A stretch of DNA of 53,244 nt, filler included, from Jimgerdemannia flammicorona (GCA_003990765.1; 3 parts of 3 records of this genome joined end to end with filler, not necessarily neighbours in it), one strand, 5' to 3'; shown: positions 24,901 through 38,870, counted from the whole stretch's first letter. Program-made: numbers and translations. The notes: generated by a model not told the origin, from the sequence alone.

Positions 24901-27900
24901 GTCTATCTAGCAGAAAAAAGGACGAGACCTGTAGGAAGGCCATCCAGAAATATCAGCAGAAGAATTATTCAAGAAGAAGATGAAGAACATGAAGATGAGC
25001 AAGTAGAAACACCTTCCCAAACCCCTTCACCTTTTATCTCTGAGACAAATGAGCTGCTATCAGAAGATGAAGAAATGGAACAAAAGGAATGAGAGCCTAC
25101 TGCTCCAAAGCCTAAGAAGAAGTACACCCCAAAGACCATGCTCAGAAACATCTACAATGAAGCCTGGCAAAAGATTCAAGAAGCTAAGATAGAGGTTCCT
25201 CTTCTGCAGTTCTTAAAACTGATACTAGCTGGGGTCTGAAATAAATTACTGAGGACTACTAGGTCTAGCACTGGCCAAGTTCCAATCCCACAGCAAGAGC
25301 CCACTCCCACATCTATCCAGGCTACAGAGAGATATGTTAGCACCTACTTACATAGAGACATTGGAGGACAAAAAGCGAAAATTCTCATAGATATAGGAGT
25401 AGCTATATGTATTATTGCCAAAAAGTTCCTGGATACCCTCTAATGGTCTATTGATAGACTATCCAACCTCAGTATTATAGTAGCAGATGGAGCCTGAACT
25501 CAACCCCTTGGAGAAGTACAAAACATCACTATTTCTCTTGGATACATTTAGTTCTTCATCCCAAAAGCTATTGTTACTGAGGCCATCACCTATAACATGA
25601 TCCTTAGTACTAACTGGATGAAGGAAATGAATGCAGTTGTTGATATTGGTCAATAAGTACAGAGTTAAGATGACTAGCTATGAGCAATTGAACAAGAAGA
25701 AAAAGGTCACCATCCAGGAAGAATATACCAGTAGTAAAGAGTCTACTACAGAGGAAAAAGAAGAATCTGAAGATAAAAATGATCCCAGACTCAATCCCAG
25801 GATCAACCTAGTGGATGACAGATCAGAAGACAATATATGAGCCAAGAACACTGTCCCCATTACCATCAGAGCCATTACAGGAGAAATCAAAGGATGCCCC
25901 ACCTACCTCAAGAGACACAAGTGCCCCAAGCACTCCTCCAAGATCATTGAGACAAGGAATTTGCCTGGAATAGCCTGCCCAGAGTGCAGAAAGAAGAAGA
26001 AAAAATACAGACATATTCCAGAAACACCTGCAGCTGAAGCTGCAGAAGTATAAGCAATTTGGGGCCAAGAATTATCTGAGGAAGAAGAAGTTTCTAACTA
26101 AGAAGTTTCTGAATCAGAAGCACCTGAAGAAGAAGAGATCTCCAAACTCATTCTCTGAGATGATCCTCACTGAACACTATCTGAAGACAATGACCCTTGG
26201 AATATAGAAGAAGGACCCAGCACAATCCCCATTATTCCCAAGAAAGAAACTCACTAAGAGAGAGTATTTTGGCTAGGAAGATGTCCAAACCAAACAGTCT
26301 TCTACTCTCTCTGAGATTACTGCTATCAGTGCCATCTACTAGACCAATAGAAGAGACAGAGACCCCAGAGACCAGAACCCCTAAATATAGTTGAACAGTC
26401 AACTACCTTTCAAGAAATCACTACTAAGTTGCAAAGCCAATTCAGAGGATAACGTCTCTTTACCTAAACAGAAGTATACCCCTTATCTACTCTTCCCTCA
26501 ACTTATGATTAAGATGGATACTGATTCCTAAGACAATAAGAAATTAACAACTGAGAACATCATTTTCAAGCAATAGAATATTGTAATCATAAAAGATACC
26601 CAGACTGCTGAGACTGTAGACATCAGAAGATTCACCTCAGTCATGATATTGTGATCTATACCTTGAAGAGAGGAGACAACAGAGACCAGATCTGAAAAAG
26701 TCAGACCAAGAAGCCAGAAAGAAGGACCCTCAAGATCTATGATTTAGGAGAAAACATCCTAGTTCTCATTAGATATGTAATCTGCCAAGAATGGGTAGAG
26801 GATGCCACCAACTTCATAGAAGCCCTAGACCCTATAGGAAGAAGAGAAATCAACTATCTTCAAGATCCCTCCACTGGAGCCAGATAGCCTCACCTTAACC
26901 TCAGAGTCTAGAGGCTCTCTACTAGTAGAGCCTTAGCTCAAGGACAGCTCAAACTCAGCATGGATATTGCCCAGTATACCCTGCTACATCCAAAGGCCAA
27001 ACCCCTGATGAAAGCTTACCCAGAAGATATAGGATATGATCTTCACAGTCTGGAGGATGAATCTATAAAACTTGGAAAAATGTTTATAATCAGAACCAGA
27101 CTAGCTATACAGCCACTCTGAGGAGCTTACATCCAACTGACCTCAAGATCTGGACTTGTCAGATAAGGAATAACTATGGAAGGAGAAACTATTGACTCAG
27201 GATATATAGGTAAAATCAAGGTTATTCTATACAACAGTAGTACAGAATGGCACCAAATCATTAGAGGACAGAAGATTGCCCAAGCAGTCTTCATGAAGGT
27301 CAAGACCCCACAATTATAAGAAGTCTCTGAACTTACTGAAGGAACAAGACAAGCCAAAGGATTTGGAAGTTTAGATAAGAAGGAGGTACATCTCCTTCAA
27401 GTCAACCACCTCAAGAGGAATGTTCTCCAGCAAGTATACTACCAATCAGTCAAACTGCACAAGAATCTCATCTTGGAGGCTGGAGAACAAACCATCTTCG
27501 AAATCATTGCACCATCCAACCCCAGAAATCTTTTCTTTGAACCCAATGAAGATATCCTACACCTGGACATAGAAGGACATATTTCCTGATAAGATGAACC
27601 CAGTATATTCCCAAGCAACTAACCAAAGTTGAGAAACTATCATCTTGTCAAAAGGAACCATCATAGGGCATCTGATGCCTTTTCTCAACTGAACTTATAA
27701 AGAAGTTTATGAACTAAACCTATTAGGAAACAGCAAAAGATCTCAGAAGAAAGGAAAGGCCCCTCTGTAATCCAGAAGACAGTAAAGCTTTCCACTAATA
27801 TTGGAGAAGAATTGATATCCCAATAACAGCAACAACTAGTAGAACTTCTTAACAAATATCAAGATATCTTCACTACTAATTATGGCAACCTACCATATAA

Positions 27901-29197
27901 TTCATCATATCACTATAGTATCAATATAGAAAATACAACACCCATCTGGTAGAAACTCTATAGAATACCCTATCACTTAAAACCATTTAAAAAGGAGCAT
28001 ATTCAAGAACTCTTAGACAATGGAGTTATCTGACCCTCTATCAGCCCCTGGGCCAGCCCTATACTTATTGTACCAAAGAAAAGAGGATGGAAACTCTATG
28101 TAAATTACAGGAAACTCAATTCAGTCACCAAAAAGAATATCTATCCTTTGTCCAGAATTGATGACCTTTTGGATCAGTTATAAGATACCAGATACTTCAG
28201 CAGTATGGACCTTTTCATAGGATTCCATGAGATCTTCATGGACCTTAAAGATACTCAAAAGACAGCCTTTCTTACTCTAGGAGAACTGTTTGAATACCTC
28301 TGAATACTCTTTGGACTTTACAATACCCCTCCCACCTTTTAGAGAATGATGAATTCAGTCTATACTTCCCTGATCTACCACTGCCTGATTGTATATATAG
28401 ACAATTCCAATAACTATTTAGCAAATTTTGAAGAACACCTACACTACCTAGAAGAATTCTTCAAGCTCACCTGCAAGAATCACCTGAGACTCAATGCAAA
28501 GAAATACTACTTTGGAAAACAGAAACTTGAATTTCTTGGATTCATAGTTTTGAAAAAAGGAACCCATACAGACCTAAAGAAAACTGAGAAGATCAATAAT
28601 TGGCCAGTACCCAAGATCCTGAAGAAAACACTATCATTCCTGATACTAGTATCCTACTATAGAAGATTTATCAAGGACTTTACCCAAATCGCTGTTCCAA
28701 TCTGAGTCCTTCTCAAGAAAGGAGTACCTTAAAAATGAACAGAATCACAAGAGAAAGTCTTCAAAGAACTCAAGAACTGCATAACCACAGCACCAATCCT
28801 TGTATGCCCCAATTTATGGAAGTTATTCATCTTGTATATAGATGCTTCCAAAGATGGCCTAGGAGTAATTCTAGCCTAAGAAAGATCTGACCAATAACAC
28901 TATGTGATAGCTTATGCAAGCTGAGCTACTAATTAGCAGCAGATGAACTACAGTAGCACCAAACTGGAATACCTTACAGTCATATGGGCAGTTACTCTAT
29001 TTAAGCATTACCTCATTGGAAAAAGGTTCACCCTGATCATAGACCATGCAGCCCTCAAATAACTATTCAACTATAAGAAACCTACCAGAATTCTAGCCTG
29101 CTGAATCCTTATTCTTCAGGATTACAAAATCACCATTATCTACAAAGCAGGAAAAGCTTATAATAATATTGATAAACTTTTCTACCAGTCCCAATGA
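21970..29197 (+). mobile_element. Ty3/Gypsy LTR retrotransposon with dUTPase (LTR-gag-PR-dUTPase-RT-RNaseH); integrase absent from this contig
   Basis: The 5' LTR ends ...ATGTTATA at 23272 (start approximate), followed by PBS TGGAGGCTC (tRNA-Pro-like) at 23275. Gag LPIFAGYPEEDP (~23840), knuckle VQCFYCR*FRHYATEC (~24685-24732), protease ILIDIGVA (~25380), [15 protein letters not shown]...VNYRKLN...[10 protein letters not shown]...VYIDN (27900-28600) and RNase H FILYIDASKDGLGVIL (28825-29150). Confidence 0.9.
26960..27376 (+). pseudogene. dUTPase domain within Gypsy pol
   Basis: One frame with 3 stops carries all five motifs: DIGYDL, SRSGL, GETIDSGYIG, RGQKIAQ and TRQAKGFGS. Confidence 0.92.
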
Positions 29198-29208
29198 ACC
29201 AGATGAAG

Positions 29209-29816
29209 TGTAAGAGAATTACTTGTTAGGGTAACTATTATGTAGTTCTGGAAGAGTTTTCTGGAAGTTCTGGATATTCTAGAAGACTGTTTTCTTAAGA
29301 TCAAAATCAATTTCATATGGAGTATATCCTCTATACTTATTGATTTCAAGTTCAGGTTAATGTCTCAACCAAAGTCCTTTTTCAAACTAGTTCTAGATGT
29401 TCAGGATTTTCTGTATTTCAGGAAGTTCAAGAAACTAAGACCAGCTTAGTTAAATTGGTATATTGCTGCAGACAATACCCAATTAGGAAATTTTGTGACA
29501 GAGTTAGGAGTGAGACCTAATGGAGAGTAGATTTACTTAAGAGTAGTTTGTGGATTATTAAATAGATTTATTCACTATTTATGATATTGCTATACTAAGA
29601 GTAGTTGTGTAAAGGGATATTGTGGAGAAGTGCTCAGGAGCTGTGTTTGGATTGTTCAAGTCTGTTCAAGTCTGAGATTCTGAAGTCTGGGAGAGGGGGT
29701 ATTTATACTAGTGAGGGGCTATCTGGGCTATGCTGAATATAGATATAGCACTTAGTGCCTTGCTGAGTCAGAATGCAGTCATGTAGTACAAGTGTGCAAA
29801 CATCTTTCACTGGTAC
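29209..29816 (-). mobile_element. LTR-like fragment of another element
   Basis: Starts TGTAAG right after RNase H ends, is non-coding and has a reverse TATAAATA at ~29700. It is cut by the LINE at 29817. Confidence 0.4.
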
Positions 29817-32800
29817 CATTCAGGTGACACAAGACTCAGACAACACTTTTCTCAATGTTTTTGATAACTGACAACTATTGACATGGTTAGCAATGATTGA
29901 TCTGGTGAGCATACTAGTTAGGGGGGTGGTGGTATCTTTGGCTGGCAATAGGTGGAGAGGAGGGGAGATGGTTTGGGGATGCCGGGGGCCTCAATGGCTG
30001 GCCAAGGCACTGGTGGTAGAGGGAGGGGTGGCTTGAGGCAGTGAGAAGGGGAGAGGTCAATCTTTGCTGATAAGGTCAAGATGGGGAGAATGGTCTTGAG
30101 TCTGGATAGCTGGCTGGGCCTGGGGAAGGTGCTGATGGCTGCTGCTGGGGGTCAGGGAGGAGTGCCCAGGGGAGCATCTGGTGGTGGGGGAGTAGGAGCT
30201 AGTGATGTGACTGTTGATGAGGCTGTAACTGGAGATCTGGAAAAAAATCCAGATGTGATGGCAGTTGATGGATCAGGACAGAGGGTGGGCATGAGGCCCA
30301 GGGACCTGGTGGATGGGTGATGGGCATAGTGTCAGCACTATTACTCAAGAAATCAAGGTCAGAATTCACTATCATGATGTGCTTCAGGGGCTTGGCAGTG
30401 ACTGCAAGGATAATCTTAGAGCTGGTAGCACAGGAGGTGAAGGGGGCAGCATCAGTGAAGTTTTTGAAGAGGAAAGAAGGGATCGAGGTGGGATTTGAGA
30501 AGGAGGAAGCTTTGTTGGCTACCATGGAGAAGGGGGTGATAGTAGGCAGAGTTGTGGTCCCTATGGCCAGGTGCATGTGCTGGGACCCCTGAGTGGTGCA
30601 GTTGACAGTATTGGATCTTCCTACAGTATTGAGGGAGAGGGCCAGGGAGTTGATTGTAGGGGCAGTCAAGGAGTATGGGGAGATTGTGGACATTAGGTTC
30701 AAGGTCTGGGAAGGAATGGAGCTCCAGACTAGTGATGTTAATGTCTAGGTGAGGTTGGCTGGAAAGGAGAACATGGGAAAGATGAGGGATTAGCCAGCAA
30801 CTCTGAAGTGGAGACCAGTAGAGTGCAAGGTCATGCGAGTGAAGGGGACTCTAGAAGAGGAGAAAGATTTGCTTAAGGCTCTTGAGGACCTGAAGGGGAC
30901 AGTTGAGAGGAGGAGATTGGCTTGATAGGAGTTTGAAGTGAAGACAGTAGTGGAAGTAGTCAAGGAGAAGAGGACCAGGTGACCTGGGAGAAGATGCAAG
31001 AGAGGAGAATCCAGAAGGAGCTGCTGGCGAAGTTGGGGGGCGGTGGGGCTGGCAGTAGTATAGGGGATGGGAGAGCAGGATTACATATAAGTGACTGGGT
31101 GGGGGGAAGTGAGATGACCCAAGGTGGGGCCCAGGATGGACAAAGGAAGGAGGAGCAGAGCAGTGTAGAGGCAGATGCAGAGATGAGTAAAGGAGTTCAA
31201 CCTCAGTATAGTGTCCCAGGGGGGGCAGGGGGTGAGGAGGAGTTACTAGATGTCCTGGATGAGGAGTGAGATGAGTTGGTGAGGAGGAGTGCTCTGGTAG
31301 ACCTGGGGGTGGGGGATGGTCAGGTTGCCCAGGGTATGGCGGAGGCAGTAGAGGAGGAGAAGTAGCTATGGAAGACTTTGGAAGGGGTGGCAGCAGAGGA
31401 GCTAGGAGGAGAGGACTTCCAGGTTATAGAGGAAAGGCATTGGGAGGAAATCCTTTGTGGGGAGGAGGTACCAAGGAAGGTTAGGAATAAGATCCTAGTG
31501 GTACTATTGGAATTAGTTAAATATCAGGTTGATGATCAGAGAGAGGAGGAACTTCAGGAGATTGCAAATGATAGAGCAGCTTACTTGTGGGGATTGAGGA
31601 AGGAATTGGAGAAGTGGAGAGTGGTCTGCATGGACTATCAGGCAGAGATGGAAGTGGTGGATGGGGTGGAATGTCAGGAAATCTTGGAGGCATTGGATGC
31701 TCAGGCTGTAGCAGAGGGGGACTTGGAAGTGGAGCAGTGATGGATCTGACTGGAGATGAGATAAGCATGGAATACTAGGCTGGGTTATCATATTCAAATA
31801 TTATTCATTATAAATAGTACAACTAGAATATTCTCTTTAAATGTGAATGGGTTAAGGGGGGTGGCTTGGCAGAAGTTCATATTTGGTTGGCTCAAGGAAC
31901 TGGATGTGGATCTCTTTTTACTGCAGGATGTACATTACGAGGCAGAAGTGGACTTTCAGGATTGAACTAGAGAGTGGGGGGGAGTAGCAGTGTGGTTTGG
32001 GCAGGTGGATATCTTAGTGCAGAAGGGGATGGGGGACATTGGTGATATAGAACATTGGGGGAGTTAGTTGGTATAGGGAGTGTGGAAGAGACCTGGTTGG
32101 AGCCCTCTGATGGTTGGGTCATGTTATTGCCCAGCAGAGAGGGGGGAGCAGGTGGACTGGATCAGAGATTTGCAAGAGACTGGTGTCATGGTTGAGGCTG
32201 AGATTGAATGCCTGGGGGGAGATTTCAATATGGTAAGGGATAATATAGTGGACCAGACTGACAGTGGGAGAGGGATGAGGGGCTGAAGTGGCAGGTTGGA
32301 TGATTGGATAGTGATGGAGAGGTTGAGCTCTCTGGTGGACTCAGGGAGACAGTTCTGAGAGGATTATTGAATTTATACTCACTGGGTGGCTGGGCTGGGT
32401 TCTAGAATCAACTGGATACTGATGGCAGAATGCTGGAGAGTAGATGTCTGGGCCATGCTAGAGGTGGTGTGGTGCCCATGGTCTGATCACTGGGGTCTGC
32501 TTGAGGAGAGGAGGTTCGGGGGAAGTGGAGATGAGCTTGGACATTGGTGGCTCAATTTCTCTTTATTAGAAGATAGTGATTTATGGGCTACCTGGGAGAC
32601 AGAGGTTGTTGGAAAAATCAAACAATGGCAGGAGCAGGGCCTGACAATAGGAGATTATTGGAGAAGGCTGAAATTGAGTGCTCAGAGATATTAGAGGGAG
32701 GCAGGGAAAGAGAGGAGTGCTCAGCAGTGGCAGAGAGTGTGCTGGGCCTCACAGTGGCTGGGGATGCTCCTAGAGAGATGGACAGGAGCACTAGAAGATA

Positions 32801-35464
32801 GCGAAGTAGTAGACTGGTGCATGGTAAGAATTCAGAAAGAAGTCAGGGAACTTAAGGAGGTGCTATGATTGGAGGAAGAGGCTAAATTGAAGGAGATGGT
32901 GGTAAGGTTGAGGTAGCAAGGGTTGGAGGAAGGGGAGCAGCCCACTTGGTTTTTATCACAGATATTATGAGTGCGGAGAACTAAGCAGCAGTGGGATGGT
33001 GTCTTAGATGAGGATAGAGAGATGGTGGTGGGGACTCCAGCGATTCTAGGATTGCTAAGGTCCCACTGGGAGGACCTATGGAGTGAGGAAGAAGGGATGG
33101 AGATGTCTTGGACATTGAATAGCAGTTGGAGAGTTGGCATCTGAACCCAGTGATGGGTCTAGGGGCTCTGGGGGACCAAGTGAGAGGGGAGGAGGTGTGC
33201 AAGGTCCTGGCTTCAACAAGCAAGGGGATGGCACCAAGAGAGGATGGACTTTCCTGGGATTTTTGGAAAAAGATGACCAGGGTGGAGGCAGTGCTGGAGG
33301 AGTTGATAGAGATGTGTGATGAGGTTCTTCAGTCTGGAACTTAGATTGGGGGCCAGCATCTAGGGCTGGTCTCTTTGCTCTTTAAGGATAAGGGGAGAAG
33401 AGAAGATTAGAAGAACTGATGTCTGATCATGCTCCTTGATATGGACCATAAGCTGGTTATGAAGGTCTTGGTGACTAGGCTGCAGGGGATCACTCAGCAA
33501 GTGCTGGGAGTTGAGCAGAGAGGTTTTGTTGGTGGTCAGTTGATTTGAGATAGGACAGCCTAGGCCCATGGAGTGATTGAAGGGGCTTGGGCTACTGGGA
33601 TTGATGGCCAACTAGTGTTTCTGGATCAGGAGAAGGCTTATGATCGAGTGCAGAGGATCTGGCTAGAGGGGGTACTGAAGCAGGTGGGTGTTTCACCAGG
33701 GTTCAGGAGGTTGTTAATCAGTCTTTTGGAGGACAGTCAGGCAGCCTTGGTGGTTCATGGGGTACTGCAGGGGGATCCTCTGTCATCCATCTTGTATGCC
33801 CTTTCCTTAGAGCCTCTATTGGACAGGATCAGGCATTGAATTGGGGGTTTGGACATTCTAGGGATTAATTGGAAGATAGGGGCCTTTGTGGATGATATGG
33901 TAGTTGGTTTGGATTCATTGGCAGATGTGGAGGAATTACAGTGGACTGTAGAATGGTATGAGAGTGGCTCTAGTACTAGGCTCAATTGGCACAAATATGA
34001 GACTATGGTATTGGGTGGAGGAATAGTTAGTGGCGACATGATTGGGATAGTGGTGCCAGCAGAAGATCTCATTCACTATCTGGGGATCTACTTCTCCATA
34101 TATGGATCTCTCCTTCCTCATATTTGGTGGGAACAGTGACTCCTAATATGGGGGGATGTGCTTTTACAGTGGGGCAGTCAGCATATTTCCTTGGCAGGAA
34201 GAGTGATGGTACTGAATGTGTATTGGCTACTAAAGTTGTGGTATATGGGGTACCATCTGGACTTCCCAGCATGGGTTGTCAGATACTTTCTGAAGATGGC
34301 AAGGACATGGATCTGGACTGGGTGGCAGAGTCAGATAGGATGAGAGGTGCTGACTCTACCTGTGGATAGTGGTGGACTGGGCTTGGTAGACTTCCCCAAA
34401 TGTCTTCATTGCTTGCAAGCATGGTGGCTGAAGAGGGCAAGTGAGTTACAGGGACAGAAGTGGGTACCACTCATGCAAAGGGTGTGGGAGGCCCAGTATT
34501 CCCCCCACAGTACATCTGGTGATCTGCTTGCAATGGTGGCCCTGGATGGGAGCAAGAGGATGCAATATAAGGGCTTTTGGTAGGGGGTAGTAGATGGTGC
34601 CCAGAGAATTGGTCTGCAATGGCAGGGTGATGAAGGTGAGGGAGATTGGGGACTGCAGATGTGGAGATAGGATAGGCTTCTGTTAGGTGCTTCTTTGGTA
34701 GAAGACTTTTGGCTTAACAATGGTATGGAGTGCTTGCGGGGCTTAGGGGGGGACCTGTGGCCTATTGTGTGGCAGAGGGTGGGGATCAGTGAGGGGTGAA
34801 ACTGGAATGGGCTTTTGCCTTGGAGCAAAAAGGTGATGCGGTGGCTCCCCCCCAAGTTCTGGGTGGTGTGGTAGCAGTTTCTAAGGTGGAATGTGATGTT
34901 GAACTTTCAGTCTGAGCACTCAGTGGCAGATGGCTAGTATGAGTGTGAGGAATGTTTGGATGTTGGACAGGAAGGGGGAGTGATTCAAACACCTGAACAT
35001 TGGCTTGGTGAGTGTGACACTCTAGGGGTTTTTTGGAACCACATTGTAGACAGGTTAGGGCTGCGAGCACTGGTAGGAGGGGAAGGGGGGAGATGGGGAG
35101 AGCTTCACTGCAGGTTAGTGGGGGGGGTTGGTGATGAATGGCTGATTCTAGGTTGGGCTCTAGCAATTTGGGTTGGACTAGCTGGACATTGGTTATATGT
35201 ATTCGAGGAGGGTCAGTAGATAGGGATTGGAGATAGGGTAGCATGGTGGAAATGGCTGTTATTGGACATTTTGAATAGCTGGTGGCAGGGGTGGGGATCT
35301 GGAGGGGGTAGATGCCAGGGACTAGTGAAGTGTATGTGCTGGAAAAGTAGAGGATGGGTCCGGGTGGTGGGTGACTGAGTCATCTTCCAACAGAGAGGAG
35401 TAGAGGGGGGTGAGGGGGATCCAAGGGGTATTGGGTGAGGTGATGGGGGTAATATTGTATTATT
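29817..35464 (+). mobile_element. Near full-length L1/Tx1-clade LINE, copy 1 (ORF1 plus APE-RT ORF2, pseudogenised)
   Basis: ORF2 from ~31810: RIFSLNVNGL, DLFLLQD, GGDFN and PWSDH (APE); APREDGLSWDFWK, VFLDQEKAYDRV, GVLQGDPLSSILY and AFVDD (RT); GGLGL; C-terminal EC..C...TPEHWLGEC. Confidence 0.93.
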
Positions 35465-35564
35465 NNNNNNNNNNNNNNNNNNNNNNNNNNNNNNNNNNNN
35501 NNNNNNNNTTAATTAATTAANNNNNNNNNNNNNNNNNNNNNNNNNNNNNNNNNNNNNNNNNNNN
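35465..35564. other. Artificial contig spacer (N44-TTAATTAATTAA-N44)
   Basis: Exactly 100 nt with the linker at 35509-35520. Confidence 0.97.
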
Positions 35565-35688
35565 TTGACTATTATACCGCTAAACACCAAGAACATTTTG
35601 TTGCTTTTAACAAAGTAACTGGGGGCTCAAGCCAAACTACATCAACCCCCAACCTTGTAATTTGCCTCCATTGAGCCGGCACGTTACA
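35565..35688 (+). repeat. 3' end of an LTR of the dUTPase-Gypsy family, inserted in hAT copy A
   Basis: Aligns to 23148-23272 and ends GTTACA. It is immediately followed by hAT transposase sequence matching ~42237 onward. Confidence 0.85.
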
Positions 35689-37975
35689 ATATAAAAGACA
35701 AACACTCTGACAAAATTAAAAAGAACATGGAGACAAATAAAATTGACATCCAAGCTATAGTGGGTACATTTATCTGATTGCCTGACTATTTCTATACCAA
35801 TAACACTGTTTAATCAAAAATATTTAGCTATACTTATTAGTAGAATTTCAAAATCAACTCATTTGCTGGATTGTGTATATAGATCAGCCATTTACAACCA
35901 TCAAGAGTGATCAATTATATAGCATCTTTGGCCTCAAGCATGATTTATATTTGCTAAATACCAATACTATTTGCAAAGATATCCTGGAGGCCTATAGGAA
36001 GGAGTACAACAATCTCTGCCAGATACTTCAGGTAAAATAAGAGCAGCACCATGACCTTTGCAAGCTGAATTATATAAAAGAGCTCACCAATTTAACCTCA
36101 CATTCAATAAGCAGAAATCAGCAGGCAAAATTTTATTTATAATCAACACATAGACATCCCTCAATATAATTTCATTTCTGAGCATTACCAGTCATTGGAT
36201 TGACCTCTTAAATCTCTCACCCTTGACTTCATTAAACTTGCTGGCCCTCATTCTGGAGACAATATTACAGATGCTTTTATTAGTTGTATCCAGGAGCTTG
36301 GAATCACAACTAAGGTAAAAAAGAAGGGCTTGCTGTCAGGTTGGTGTTTTGAGGGAGGTCCTAAAATAAACCAGATTTTATTAGTTATTTATTTTCACAT
36401 AAATTTGCTGACTGAATATTTCAAGTACAGATTTTAGCCATTATGATAGACAATGCTACAAACAACTCAACATTTTTCCAAGTTTTAGCAGCCAGTCTCA
36501 AATAGAAAAATATAGCCTTCAGTATAGAAAGCTACTGTGTATGATATCAGATCCACATACTGAACCTCACTATTCAGGACTATCTTATACATATATGTAA
36601 ACAAAACATCTAAGAGGGAAGGGGCCCTGAGTATAATTTCTAAGCTATACAAACTAATTGTGTTGATCTGATCATTCTCACAATGATAAGACAAATTTAC
36701 TACACAGTGTAGGGCAATCAGTTTAGCCCCAAAAGAGCTTATATTAGATGTCTGTACATGTTGGAACTCAATATTTGCAATGATCCAGTGTATGCTGGAG
36801 TTTGCTGTAGTATGTATTCTTTTTTTCTTCAGTTAGCTGAAGCAACTTGTTTCAGATAATTGAAGATTTATTTTTAAAAAAAACAATAAACAAAAAAAGT
36901 CAATAGATTCAATGGTGACTGCCAACAAGGAAATATGGGCTGAGGCTCTAGGTGAAAGTAAGTGGGATGTACTTAGGAATGTTGTCAGAGTTTTGAAAGT
37001 AAGTGGTGATTGCTCTGACTCTATACTCATTTTGTCTATCTCTACATAATGCAATACCTCACTACATATAACTGCCAGTATTTTGATGATTGTACAAAGA
37101 ATATAGTTAAACAAATGACCCTGACAATAAGCTTGGCAATACTAGTATACAACCTTCTGATTGACTGGCTAGAGGACAAGCTTGAGGACAGGCTAGAGGG
37201 TTGCAGTAATTTATAGTTGAGCTTGAATCAGAGAGACACCATGGAGGTTGCTCTAAGTAAGCTCAGAAAATACTACTCCCAAACAGATACCACCATATAC
37301 TCAATCAGTACAGGTATATTGATGTCAGTATATGGCCATTACCACTTTCAAAACAGAGAAACCCCTGCAAAAACTCACTCTTTCTTTTTTTCAAACAGTG
37401 CTAGACCCATGCTTAAAGCTATAATACTATAAAGATCAGGGCTGGGAGCAACACTTCATTAAGAGAACCAAGTAGGCCATAATCAAAGTGTACCAGAAAA
37501 ACTATGTGCCACCACAAGGTTCCAGCCAAAGTTTAGATGAATATGCCAAAAGATCCCTCCTATCCCACATTTACTTCAGCAGAAAGAGGAAGAGGGAACC
37601 ATCAGTAGAAGAGCTGCCATCAATAGATGAACTTACCATTTACCTTACCAGTGACCACATGATCCTGCTGGAGGGCATGGAGGTACTCAACTGGTAGAAG
37701 GTGGGTTGTCAGATAGGTATTGGGCCAATTTAACCCACCAATCTAACTACTGCTCTACCCACTGCTCTACCCACTGGGGCATGCAGCTGCATCAAACAGA
37801 CTTCCCCAGCCTATGTAGTATGGCTTAAGACTATCTGGCAATTCCTGCCTCCAGTACTCCTGTCGAGCAGGTGTTCTCAGATAGGGTGGACCTCATTGCT
37901 CTAAAGAGGTGTATACTGAATGCTGAGACAATCCAGATATGTATGTATCTGAAGTCTGAGCTGCTAAAATTCAGT
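35689..37975 (+). pseudogene. hAT transposase, copy A
   Basis: IDNATNN, HILNL, TCWNSIFAMI, LDP.LK and DYLAIPASSTPVEQVFS, with the same intron positions as copy B. Confidence 0.9.
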
Positions 37976-38870
37976 AGGTCCTGGGGGTTTGCAGATAAGT
38001 CAGTTGGTCTTATAGAATATTTAATATCTTTCAAAATAATAAAAAGGTAAAAAATCCTGAGGACTCAGCCCAGAGTTTGTGGCCCAAGTAGGGCTGTGAT
38101 CAGCAGAGTTGGTGGCAGTGGCAGAGAGAGTATGCAGTATTTACAGCCCTCCACTAGCAGCAAGGGGCAGCCCCAAGCTATCAGTATCTGGGTTGGTAGG
38201 TGGGTCAGTGGGTGGGCATGGGGTTAGTGGAGGAAGCATACAAAATTTGTGGCCCTCTGCTGGCAGCAAGGGGCAGCCCCAAGCTGCAAGTATTCTGGTT
38301 GGGGGGATTAGTGGAGGGGGGGAGGCAGAGGGGGGGTAGGTGGAGAGAGTGCACAAAATTTGCAGCTCTCTACCAGTAGTGAGGGACAGCCCCAAGCTGT
38401 CAGCATCTGGGTCAGTAGATAGGATCAGTCAGCAGGGTTAGTGGGCACAGGGTCAGTAGAGGAAGTGTATAAAATTTGTGACCCTCTACCAGCAGCAAGG
38501 AGCAGCCCTAAGCCACAAGTATCTAGGATGGGTGGGACAGATAGAGGGAGCATGCAAAATTTGCAGCCCTCCATCAGTAGTATAGAGGCAGCTCTGAGCC
38601 ACCAAGGAGTCCAGGGCAGAGAGTACTTCTGGCAGTTGGAGGGCATTTGGAGGATACTTCCAGCAGTCAAAGTCTATCACAGATTTGGGCCCCATTACCA
38701 GTTTGGGTCCTACAGGCCAAGGGGCTGATAGGGTCCTGTATAACAGCTAAGCTAGTGCTACAGAAGAGATGTCCAGCCCAACTCCCCACATAAGACTGCC
38801 CAATCTATACAAAATAACTGCCTAACCCTTACAAAAGACTGCCTATCCCTTGTAAAAGATTGCCTAATCC

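Noticed and set aside
17784..35688. Idea that the hAT left end at 17784-18029 belongs to copy A (inverted contig), or that the LTR at 35565 is the 3' LTR of the Gypsy at 21970-29197
   Set aside because: The segments are separate size-sorted contigs joined by linkers, so no physical linkage can be inferred. Mutation loads also differ.
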